Source: Thermoproteota archaeon
GTDB taxonomy: Archaea; Korarchaeota; Korarchaeia; Korarchaeales; Korarchaeaceae
Length of the DNA: 12,103 nucleotides
Reading direction: 5' to 3'
Assembly (NCBI GenBank): GCA_015522685.1
Contig: WALU01000033.1
Span: 1-12,103 of the forward strand
Part shown: positions 1-7,827 of the stretch, piece by piece
Layout: each line of letters opens with the position of its first letter
How positions within the stretch are numbered: position 1 is the first letter of the stretch
The notes under the pieces: generated by a model
Told to the model about the DNA's origin: nothing
The model's input: the letters and a program-made list of their open reading frames with translations, nothing else
Databases searched by the model: none
Program-made: the position numbers and the translations under genes

Positions 1-542
1 CTGACGGGGTCCGAAGTGGGACTTCTCTACAGCTTCCTAGCTGTAGATGACTCAAAGTCCCCTCTCTATGGCCGCTACTATAAGGAGGTGAAGTTGGAGA
101 GGTTTAGCAGGGAGGAGTCCATGGACTTCCTGGTAAAGGGATTCGAGGAGTCAGGAATAAAGCCCAGTAACGTAGATAGGGCAGTTGACCTCTTGGATGG
201 GATACCGGGCTGGCTGACCTTCTACGGGAGGCGCTGCCTTGACGGGGAATGCGACCCGGAAAGGATTATGGAGATGGCAGCTAGCCTAGCCTTAAGGGAG
301 CTGAGTTCTCTACTGAAGGGAAGGTCAAGGAGGCACTTCACTGTCCTGAAGGCAATTGCCAACGGGATGAGGAGCTGGAGTCAGGTTAAGAGGTATGTTG
401 AGGGGAGGGCAAGTCACTTTCGAAGGGCATCCTTTACAACGTGCTGAAGAGCTTGGAGGGGTTGAGCATCCTGAAGGATTACAGATTCCTTGATCCCGTT
501 TACGAGGAGGCCGCTAAAAGGGTGAAGTTGAATGAAATTTGA
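1..542 (+). pseudogene. Archaeal AAA+ ATPase (ATPase_2 'archaeal ATPase' family, C-terminal wHTH), 5'-truncated by the window edge, with an apparent frameshift at ~403-410
   Basis: Frame +1 is open from base 1 and reads LTGSEVGLLYSFL...SPLYGRYYKEVKLERFSREES..GIPGWL, motifs typical of this family. After ...VKRYVE the expected tail (EGKSLSKGILYNVLKSLEGLSILKDYRFLDPVYEEAAKRVKLNEI*) is in frame +3, from 405 to TGA at 540-542, while frame +1 stops at 447. Could be a real lesion or a sequencing error in GAGGGGAGGG. Confidence 0.8.
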
Positions 543-808
543 TCAGTGATTGCGCGGACATTAATGACGGCAAGTGATTACTAAGAGAAAAGGAGAACCT
601 GTATGAATTCAATAGACCTATTTCGTGAAAAATGTGATCACATGCTGAATAAGTCCCCCCGCAAACAGGTGGTCCTTCATCAGCTCTGGAGTATCTATTA
701 GAGCATGCTTCCTCCATTCGTCACGGTCTTCGTTTTTAAGAGCTGCCTCGAAAGATGCTACCTGAATAACTAGGTAGATATTGAAGATCTTTAAGCTTAG
801 CAGGCGAA

Positions 809-2386
809 TTATGATCTACTCAGGAAGGACTCCATGACCTGAAGGGTCTCATCCCTCTTTGATCTCAGCTCATCCTTGAGTATCTCAAAGGTCCTCTTGG
901 TCTTCCTCCTTATCACCCCTATCCCTATGAGCATCTCTATAAGCTTCTCAGCATTCTCTCCATCCAAATCAGAGTATTCCTTGAAGTCATGAAGCCTCAG
1001 ACTGGGGCTCCTCTTCTTCAATAATTTGTCAAATATTTTCTCGGCCTGCCTCCGATACTTGGGAGTCGGTCTCTGTTGAGGAACGGCCACTCTCTCCTTT
1101 AAGAGCATGTGTATCTGCCATGACACGTCCTCACCTAGATCCTTGCCCAGTAGATAGGCTAACGTATCCAGAGCCTCATCTGAAGCTTCAGAGAGTATTA
1201 ACGGCTCGAAGAGCGTTAAAGGATAGGCGAGCATCCTAACTCCCTTCAAATTTCCCAGCAAATCATCGATTTCAATTTCCTCGCTCAGGTAATCACCTAC
1301 AAAAGCAATTACAAGTAGTGGAAGCTTGTACTCCGACAAATACCTCTCAAACTGCTCAATATCCCCCTGAATCTCCCTCAGGTTACTCCTCAGCTTTATC
1401 TCCCCCAGAACCTTGATCTCGGGAGATCCAGTTATGGACCCCCTGTAGATATCGAAGAAGAGGTCAGGGCCCTCATTCGGCCTGCCCCTCCTCACCACGG
1501 CTATGTACTCCTTCCCGTCGATGCTCACCCTCACATCGGATTTCCTCAGTATGCTGAAGATCAGATCCTCAAGCGCCCTTCCCTCCCTTATCTCGCCCTT
1601 GGGGCAGCTGATACTGCTCGAAAGCACCTTCTTGAAGAAATTGAATGAACTCCTGATAACATCTGCCGGTTTTGCCCTCCCCCTCAGGTAGGAGAAGCTC
1701 ATTCCCCATCTGAAGAGCAGGTCTATGAGGAGATCGCCGCACCTATCTAGGGATCTCCTCACACCCTCGTCGCAGGCATACAGAGCCTTAAGGGCCACTT
1801 TAGCGTACTCCGCACCTGCCAGAGGATCAACCTGGGCCTCAAGGGAGTAAAGCTCCATGATGCGCCTCAACCTCAGGTCCTCATTTATCAGCCAGCGGAG
1901 GGTCCTTTGGTGTAGGAGCATCAATACCACGAGCCCTGTGGTCTCATGGGCTACCTAAGAAACTGCTGCCAGGGATCTGACCGCCTCTCTCACATCCTTC
2001 CTACCCAGCTCCCTGAGGTTGTCTAAGTTATCGAATATCACCACAGTCGTCCTGAGGAGTGCCCGCTCAGCGGCTTGGCTTGCAACCTCGACTATCCTCT
2101 TGGGATTACCTGTGGGCTCATAGATCGTCTCTATATCCCTCCTCTTTAACTCGTTCTTTATGAAGAGAGCAAGCTGGGTCTTACCAGATCCGTATTCCCC
2201 GACCACGGCGTAGGCTCCCCTGCCCTCCCTCATTACCCTGCTCACGAAGCTCATCACCCTCTCCTTCACGGTCCTAGGATCGGCTAGAAGGGGTTCAAAG
2301 CTTTCTATTGGTACATCAACCGCGCGCGCTGCTGGTGAATAGAGGAGGATTGAATTTTTACTACTAATTAAACCAGAAGCATTCAA
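809..2386 (-). pseudogene. P-loop ATPase + PD-(D/E)xK nuclease-like + wHTH protein (~525 codons), interrupted by one in-frame TAG at 1955-1957; paralog of 7828-9648
   Basis: Track ORFs 1955-2500 and 809-1930 share a frame (AAVS*VAHETTGLVVLMLLH). Walker A VVGEYGSGKTQL at 2171-2206, Walker B-like VVIFDNLD, nuclease-like GRALEDLI...EGPDLFF...LGEIK...IEQFERY, C-terminal helix/wing AEKLIEMLIGIGVIRRKTKRTFEI. Start is uncertain: TTG at 2386 chosen because similarity to the paralog reaches back to SPAARAVDVP and the DNA further upstream is AT-rich and promoter-like. Confidence 0.75.
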
Positions 2387-2394
2387 GGATTTCA

Positions 2395-2445
2395 AAATTG
2401 AAATGAAATAAATTAAATTAAATGAAACTATGAAATCTTGAAATA
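2395..2445 (-). promoter_or_regulatory. AT-rich putative promoter region for the split ATPase-nuclease gene
   Basis: Very AT-rich low-complexity tract (minus strand TTTCATTTAATTTAATTTATTTCATTTC) about 25-35 nt upstream of the TTG at 2386; contrasts with the flanking coding DNA. Confidence 0.4.
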
Positions 2446-2544
2446 TATCGCTACTAGCTATAGGTATCTGCGGCGATACATTCCAGAGAGGGGAAGTCAT
2501 ATGACCCTGTTGATTGTTGTGCGACCATTCTTTCAGTAATTCCC

Positions 2545-3273
2545 CTAGCTTAGTGGCTCCTCAGAGCCAGGAGTACGAGATAGAATGTGGTATAAAGCCT
2601 CCTTCACCCTATCCAGTCTGCTTTTCAGATCCATTCCTTCTACACTTATTTCCTCAGCAATCCTCGCTGGTTTTGGTGTTAGGACGTAAACCCTACCGGT
2701 TAGGAGAAGCAATTCCTCCAACTGATGTGATACTATCACTGTGGAGAGTTCGTACTCGCTCCATATCAGCCTCAAGGCTTCTCTTAAAGATATCCTAGCC
2801 TTCACATCCAGTCCTGTAAAGGGCTCATCTAATAGCAGTATCTCGGGTTCCAGTACGAGGGCCCTAGCGAGGGCGGCCTTCCTTCTAGTACCACCACTCG
2901 CCTTCCTAGGATGAAGGGCCAGGTCGCTCTTCGAGAGACCTACCATCTCTGAGTACTCCTTAACCTTCCCGATTAGTTCCTCTCCCCTCAACCCGCGGTA
3001 CTTCAGGCCCAGCGCTATATTCTCCCAGAGAGTCTTCCATGGGAGCAGCCTATCCTCTTGGAATACAATGCCCACTTTACCCATTACCTTAACATCTCCC
3101 CTATCTGGAGTCTCTAAGCCAGCCATTATCCTTAGGAGGGTTGTCTTGCCGCATCCGTTGGGGCCAACTAGCCCCAGCACTTCTCTCTCCTTCAAGTGAA
3201 GAGAGATATCAGTTAGGACTGGTTCGGAGAAGCTCTTATGTACTGATGAAACTCTAAGCATCATTCCAGCCAT
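2545..3273 (-). CDS. ABC transporter ATP-binding subunit, NitT/TauT (SsuB/TauB-like) family
   Basis: Walker A GPNGCGKTT, Q-loop VFQEDRLLPW, signature variant ASGG, Walker B/D-loop LLLDEPFTGLD, H-loop VSH. Overlaps the permease stop; the true start may be ATG at 3264 or 3261. Confidence 0.95.
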   Translation of the reverse strand: MAGMMLRVSSVHKSFSEPVLTDISLHLKEREVLGLVGPNGCGKTTLLRIMAGLETPDRGDVKVMGKVGIVFQEDRLLPWKTLWENIALGLKYRGLRGEELIGKVKEYSEMVGLSKSDLALHPRKASGGTRRKAALARALVLEPEILLLDEPFTGLDVKARISLREALRLIWSEYELSTVIVSHQLEELLLLTGRVYVLTPKPARIAEEISVEGMDLKSRLDRVKEALYHILSRTPGSEEPLS

Positions 3274-4022
3274 CTTTTAGCCCTCCTCTCAATCGGTTTG
3301 AGTATAAGCTGATCTAAGCCTAGCACCAAGGCTATGAGCACGACAGACCATGCCAAGACTCCCGAGGCATCTGCTAGATTGTAACTCCTTATTATCATAT
3401 AGCCAACACCTCCACTGGATCCGAAGGCTTCTGCAACCACGCTTATCCTCAGAGCGGTCCCCAACCCGACTCTAGAGGCAGAGACTAGGAGAGGGACCGA
3501 ACTAGGGAGTATGACTTCAAAGAACTCGTCAGAGGGCTTAGCCCCAACAGCCCTAATCGCCTCTAGCAGGCCCGGATCAGCTGACGAGAGGGCTGACACC
3601 GTGGCTGTAAGGACATGTGGAAGAGTTACAGCTGCCACAACTAGTATTGGTGGGAGGGGGCTCAGAACTCCCATCACGGCCACGAGAACTAGGGACCAGA
3701 CAAGGGCAGATGTGCTGTTGAATATCTCGGACAAGGCCTCTGAGAACCCCATGATCAGGTTGGACTTGTGCGATATTAGTCCTAAAGCCATCGAGATCAG
3801 GAAGGAGAGGGAAAATCCAGTGATGCTGTTATACAAGGTCTTGAGTACCTGGGCGAACAGTTCCTCCGGCCGCATGGACGCTAGGTAGACCAGCACTTCA
3901 GTGGGACCCGGAAGCATGCCCGTGGCCGAAGCCGAGATCCAGATCACTAGCATGAATGCACCCGCTAACAGCCTACCTACCCCGAATGCCATGCCCTTCC
4001 TTCCTCTCTGGGCACTAGTCAT
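3261..4022 (-). CDS. ABC transporter permease, NitT/TauT (SsuC/TauC-like) family
   Basis: Several hydrophobic segments, EAA loop LLEAIRAVGA, VILPSSVP, and VVAEAFGSSGGVGYMI typical of this family. Alternative start ATG at 3992 behind a purine-rich GGAAGG. Confidence 0.93.
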   Translation of the reverse strand: MTSAQRGRKGMAFGVGRLLAGAFMLVIWISASATGMLPGPTEVLVYLASMRPEELFAQVLKTLYNSITGFSLSFLISMALGLISHKSNLIMGFSEALSEIFNSTSALVWSLVLVAVMGVLSPLPPILVVAAVTLPHVLTATVSALSSADPGLLEAIRAVGAKPSDEFFEVILPSSVPLLVSASRVGLGTALRISVVAEAFGSSGGVGYMIIRSYNLADASGVLAWSVVLIALVLGLDQLILKPIERRAKRWLE

Positions 4023-4111
4023 TGCAGTTACATCCCTCCTCCACTAACGGCAATCCATCTCAATTGCTCTTAAGGATTGTGAATGAGATAAAGGAGCGGG
4101 AGCGAGAGAGA

Positions 4112-5011
4112 TCAGCCTCTCCAGAAGGCCCGAGATGCAAGATCCTTGAGGACGTTCTCATCCACCTTGAGATATCCTCCCTGCTTGGCGAGCTCCCAAG
4201 CTGTGATTATGCCTTTCTCAGCGGAGTCGAGGCTCCCTGTCCATATGGTAACCCTTTTCATCAGCGCGCTCGTCTCCTCATCTGTGAGACCGTACATCTT
4301 CTTTAAGATATGAGGCGCCTCATCGTTCCATCTCTTCGCCACCTCATCCCTGAGTTGGAGGAAGGCCTTCACATCGTCGGGCCTTTTCAGGAAATCCTCA
4401 GTGGCAACCCAAACCAGCATAACGGGCTGCTTGCCTATATACTTACTCGCTAGGGACCTGAAGTTCACATACTTATATCCCTTAGAGATAAGTTTGGAGG
4501 TCATAGGCTCCCAGGCAACTACAGCGTCAACATCCCTCCTCTTCAGGGCGGCTACCAGCTGGGGCGGAGGCATATCAACTACCTTATATCCCTCAATCCC
4601 GGCTAACTTTGCGTAGGCAAGGAACATGGCGAAGGTCCCGCTGGCCATCATAGCTCCCACTCTCTTACCCTTCAGCTCCTTGAGACTACTCACTCCAACT
4701 ACCGCTTGGTTCTGCATCATCTCGGCTGCAATCACTTTCAGTTCCTTTTTGGAAGAGAGAGCGAACTTAGCATACATCTCTGAAGTTATGACTGCCGTAT
4801 CAACCTCTCCTTTGGATAGGGCCTGAGCCACGTCGAGGGGCTTGTCAAACCTCATCACTTTCAGCCAGCCAGCCTTTCCCTCCATGAGATCCAATGTGCT
4901 AATCCCTCCCTGTATGGTGGCGGCGACGACTGGGCTCCTTTGTCTAGGTATGAGAGCGTAGACTATTAGTACTATGACGGCTATAGCAAGCAGATATAAG
5001 AGCTTTCTCAT
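4112..5011 (-). CDS. ABC transporter substrate-binding protein, NitT/TauT (SsuA/NMT1-THI5-like), N-terminal membrane anchor
   Basis: MRKLLYLLAIAVIVLIVYALI anchor, ALSKGEVD, SLKELKGKRVG, ALKRRDVDAVVAWEP motifs. ATG at 5011 with GTGAG upstream preferred over the track's GTG at 5038. Confidence 0.9.
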   Translation of the reverse strand: MRKLLYLLAIAVIVLIVYALIPRQRSPVVAATIQGGISTLDLMEGKAGWLKVMRFDKPLDVAQALSKGEVDTAVITSEMYAKFALSSKKELKVIAAEMMQNQAVVGVSSLKELKGKRVGAMMASGTFAMFLAYAKLAGIEGYKVVDMPPPQLVAALKRRDVDAVVAWEPMTSKLISKGYKYVNFRSLASKYIGKQPVMLVWVATEDFLKRPDDVKAFLQLRDEVAKRWNDEAPHILKKMYGLTDEETSALMKRVTIWTGSLDSAEKGIITAWELAKQGGYLKVDENVLKDLASRAFWRG

Positions 5012-5040
5012 GCTATTCTCACGATATAGCACATCCACAT

Positions 5041-5052
5041 AGTATAAAAAAT
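5041..5052 (-). promoter_or_regulatory. Putative archaeal TATA box for the ABC operon
   Basis: Minus strand TTTTTATACT about 30 nt upstream of the ATG at 5011. Confidence 0.55.
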
Positions 5053-5426
5053 ATCACACAACCTTAAGAGAATAATTAATGGTCACTTCCTTTCACTAGG
5101 ATCATTTGAGGTCGCAGGAATGAATGGATGGACAAGTGAATGTGAGATAGCAAATAATAATACAGGATAGCGGCTAAAGAATTTACAGCCAAAGGGAGTC
5201 AGCAGTAAAGTAAGTAAGTTAGATCTTTGTTGACTAACCTGTTCCTTAGGCACATGTGTGCTAGCTTAGGCGAGGTTACGAAAGGATGCCAAGCGATCTC
5301 TGGAGCAGGTAATGTCACGTGTGTAAGGCAGAACCATTCTATCACATAACAGAGATTCTTCTAGGATCTTTAAACATTGGTTCTTAGGATGGAGTATGGC
5401 ATTGATAAACAATTAATTTGATCACG

Positions 5427-5459
5427 GAGGTCCTCAATGGGATATAATTGGAGGACCTC
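5427..5459 (+). promoter_or_regulatory. Inverted repeat/hairpin spanning the ubiD translation start
   Basis: GAGGTCCTC (5427-5435) and its exact reverse complement GAGGACCTC (5451-5459) enclose the TTG start at 5448. Confidence 0.5.
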
Positions 5460-6863
5460 AGAGCATTTCTTAGAGAGTTGGAAGGAAGGGGAGAATTAAG
5501 GAGAGTCAAGGCTGAGGTGAGCATTGACCTAGAGATAGCTGAGATTCTAAGGAGAGTAGCTAAGGGAGGGCCTGCCCTACTATTCGAGAGGATTAGGGGT
5601 TTCGACGGCTGGAGGCTTGCGGGGAATCTCTTCTCCTCTTTGGAAAGGGTCAAGCTCGCGTTGGGCATTGAAAGATTGGAGGGAGCTGGGGAAAGGTTCA
5701 CTAGGCTTATCAAGGGGCCTCCCCCCATAACTTTGGGCGAGAAGATTAGGACCCTGAGGGAGGCTACCACCTTCAGTAGATATCTCCCTAAACGCTCCTC
5801 CACTGCATGGAAGGATAATCAATGGGAGCCAGATCTAAGTAGGGTACCTGCTCTGAAAACATGGCCCAAAGATGCTGGGAGATTCTTCACTTTTCCAGTG
5901 GTGATCACCAAGGACCCAGAGACGGGGATACACCACCTAGGGGTCTACAGGATGCAGATTATGGGGAAAAATCTTACTGGGATGCATTGGCATATCCATA
6001 AGAGGGCAGCGGCCTACCAAGAGAAGTACTGCGAGGAAATGCCCGTCGCTGTGGCCGTGGGAGTGGACCCAGCTTTAGCATTTACGTCTGTAGCACCAGT
6101 GCCAGAGGGGATAGATAGCTACCTTTTCGCAGGTGTGCTAGCTGGAAGGCCTATGAGGGTGACGGAGGGAAGTAAAGGAATACTTATACCCTCTTCAGCA
6201 GAGTTCGTTATGGAGGGAACTGTTTCACCTAGGGAGACTAGGATAGAAGGCCCCTTCGGTGATCATATGGGTTACTACACGCCACCAGCTCCCTTTCCTA
6301 TCTTCAAAGTCGAGAAGATGTATTCGAGGGAGAATCCTATATTCCACGCCACAGTTGTGGGTTACCCTTGGTTAGAGGATGTAATCCTAGGGAAGGCCGT
6401 TGAGAGAGTTTTCCTTCCCTTCATCAGGATGATCTTACCAGAAGTTATAGATATCAATCTCCCGGAGTACGGTCTCTTCCACGGGCTGGCTGTGGTTTCC
6501 ATTAGAAAGAGATATCCAGGCCACGCCCGGCAGGTGGCTATGGGCCTCCTCGGACTCGGCCAGTTCTCCCTGACGAAGATAGTCATAGTAGTCGATTATG
6601 ATGTCAATGTCCACGATCTCAACCAGGTAATGTACGCCGTGGCCTCCACGGTAGATCCCCAGAGAGATGTACAGATAATAGAGAACGCAGTGGCTGATGA
6701 GCTGGATCACGCTAGCATGGCCCCTAAGATGGGTGGCAAGATGCTAATAGATGCGACTAGAAAAATGAGAGAGGAGATAGGAAGAGAGTGGCCCGAACCG
6801 GTAGCCCCAGACCCAGAAGTTGCCAAGAAGGTGGACAAGAGGTGGTCGGAGCTTGGGATTTAG
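5448..6863 (+). CDS. ubiD: UbiD-family prFMN-dependent decarboxylase, probably the menaquinone (futalosine pathway) MqnL type
   Basis: N-terminal DLRAFLRELEGRGEL, GPALLF, WPKDAGRF, LGVYRMQ, MHWHIHK, catalytic EGPFGDHMGYY, VVDYDVNVHD, GGKMLIDAT; 471 aa; coupled to ubiA. Confidence 0.95.
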   Translation: MEDLRAFLRELEGRGELRRVKAEVSIDLEIAEILRRVAKGGPALLFERIRGFDGWRLAGNLFSSLERVKLALGIERLEGAGERFTRLIKGPPPITLGEKIRTLREATTFSRYLPKRSSTAWKDNQWEPDLSRVPALKTWPKDAGRFFTFPVVITKDPETGIHHLGVYRMQIMGKNLTGMHWHIHKRAAAYQEKYCEEMPVAVAVGVDPALAFTSVAPVPEGIDSYLFAGVLAGRPMRVTEGSKGILIPSSAEFVMEGTVSPRETRIEGPFGDHMGYYTPPAPFPIFKVEKMYSRENPIFHATVVGYPWLEDVILGKAVERVFLPFIRMILPEVIDINLPEYGLFHGLAVVSIRKRYPGHARQVAMGLLGLGQFSLTKIVIVVDYDVNVHDLNQVMYAVASTVDPQRDVQIIENAVADELDHASMAPKMGGKMLIDATRKMREEIGREWPEPVAPDPEVAKKVDKRWSELGI

Positions 6864-7674
6864 GCCCTATCTGAGGATGCTGAGAATTCATCACACCCTC
6901 TTTAGCCTTCCCTTTGCCTATGTAGGGGCCTTAATGTTCGGACTAAGTGACTGGCTCGATGCTATTATGATAGGAGTTGCCCTCTTCTCCGCCAGGTCTG
7001 TAGCTCTCCTCTCCAATGATCTCTTCGACAGAGATCTGGATGCATTCAATCCTAGGACGGCCAACAGGCCCCTAGTCACAGGGGAGGCCAAATCTCTAAT
7101 AGCGGCGGTCCTGATCCTCATTTTCTCGCTGATATTCGCCCTAAGCGCATTCTACTTCAATTGGTTAGCGTTCCTCATATCCTTCCCCATAGTGTTGGCT
7201 GAGATCTCTTACCCATTCTCTAAGAGAATACATTGCTTCCCTCATTTTCACTTGGGAGCCATTCTAGGAGCTGTTCCTCTTGCAGGGGCTATAGCTGTGT
7301 CTAATAGCGTCTCTAATCTCCCTTGGGGCTATGCAGTTGCTCTATTAATGTGGGTGGCCGGTTTCGATATCATGTACGCAATTCAAGACATAGATATGGA
7401 TAGCAGACTTGGAGTGAAGTCCGTGCCTGCATGCTTCGGCAGAGAGGCTGCGTTGAACTTGTCACTAGCTCTTCACGCTGGTACTGTGCTTCTACTCATA
7501 TATACAGCGTTAAACGGCCCTTTTTCAACCATTTCTATAGTCCTTACCGCCGCTCTTCTGGGATACGAGCACTATCTCGCGAGAAAGGGAGAATACACCA
7601 GGGCATTCAACATGAATCTAGTCGTGAGCCTCCTGCTCGGGTTCGGACTCATGATAGATCTACTTCCCCTTTGA
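6853..7674 (+). CDS. ubiA: UbiA-family aromatic polyprenyltransferase (MqnP-like)
   Basis: HTLFSLPFAY, first Asp-rich motif NDLFDRDLDAFNPRTANRPL, YPFSKR, second motif WVAGFDIMYAIQDIDMD, multiple TM helices. TTG at 6853 preceded by GGTGG and overlapping the ubiD stop. Confidence 0.93.
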   Translation: MGFRPYLRMLRIHHTLFSLPFAYVGALMFGLSDWLDAIMIGVALFSARSVALLSNDLFDRDLDAFNPRTANRPLVTGEAKSLIAAVLILIFSLIFALSAFYFNWLAFLISFPIVLAEISYPFSKRIHCFPHFHLGAILGAVPLAGAIAVSNSVSNLPWGYAVALLMWVAGFDIMYAIQDIDMDSRLGVKSVPACFGREAALNLSLALHAGTVLLLIYTALNGPFSTISIVLTAALLGYEHYLARKGEYTRAFNMNLVVSLLLGFGLMIDLLPL

Positions 7675-7680
7675 ACTAGC

Positions 7681-7710
7681 TTTTATTTTTATAAATTTTC
7701 TTTTTCTTCT
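7681..7710 (+). terminator. Oligo-T archaeal-type terminator after ubiA
   Basis: TTTTATTTTTATAAATTTTCTTTTTCTTCT starting 7 nt after the ubiA stop. Confidence 0.65.
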
Positions 7711-7780
7711 ATAAGAAAGGGATTTTGTAGTAGAGACTTTTCACTCATTGACTGATTATCATCGAGATCACCATTTGGGA

Positions 7781-7825
7781 TGATGATATAGTCTACACCT
7801 CCTAGCTATACATCAAAAAGCAAAC
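7781..7825 (-). terminator. T-tract plus stem-loop downstream of the 606-aa gene
   Basis: Minus strand TTTGCTTTTT just after the stop; plus strand TGATG-A-TATAG-T-CTA cacctcc TAG-CTATA-CATCA (7781-7815) forms a 13-bp stem with two single-base bulges. Confidence 0.5.
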
Positions 7826-7827
7826 TA

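Noticed and set aside
514-717. 67-aa Cys-containing minus-strand ORF
   Set aside because: No motif, overlaps the frameshifted ATPase tail, and another frame in the same region looks more protein-like.
1955-1957. Genome-wide TAG recoding (pyrrolysine or alternative code)
   Set aside because: TAG ends ubiD (6861-6863) and the ABC ATPase (2545-2547) at plausible C-termini, and no pyl genes are visible; a point mutation from GAG is simpler.
2481-2496. TTCCAGAGAGGGG as an ORB box of a replication origin beside a Cdc6-like gene
   Set aside because: Single copy, lacks the GAAA half-site and spacing of ORB consensus, and the adjacent ATPase does not show Orc1/Cdc6 motifs.
2387-2500. N-terminal extension of the 181-aa track ORF from ATG 2500
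   Set aside because: Runs through an extremely AT-rich low-complexity tract with no visible similarity to the paralog; more likely promoter DNA.
7779-7815. C/D box sRNA starting at ATGATGA
   Set aside because: No downstream CTGA D box before the neighbouring gene; better explained as one arm of a hairpin.
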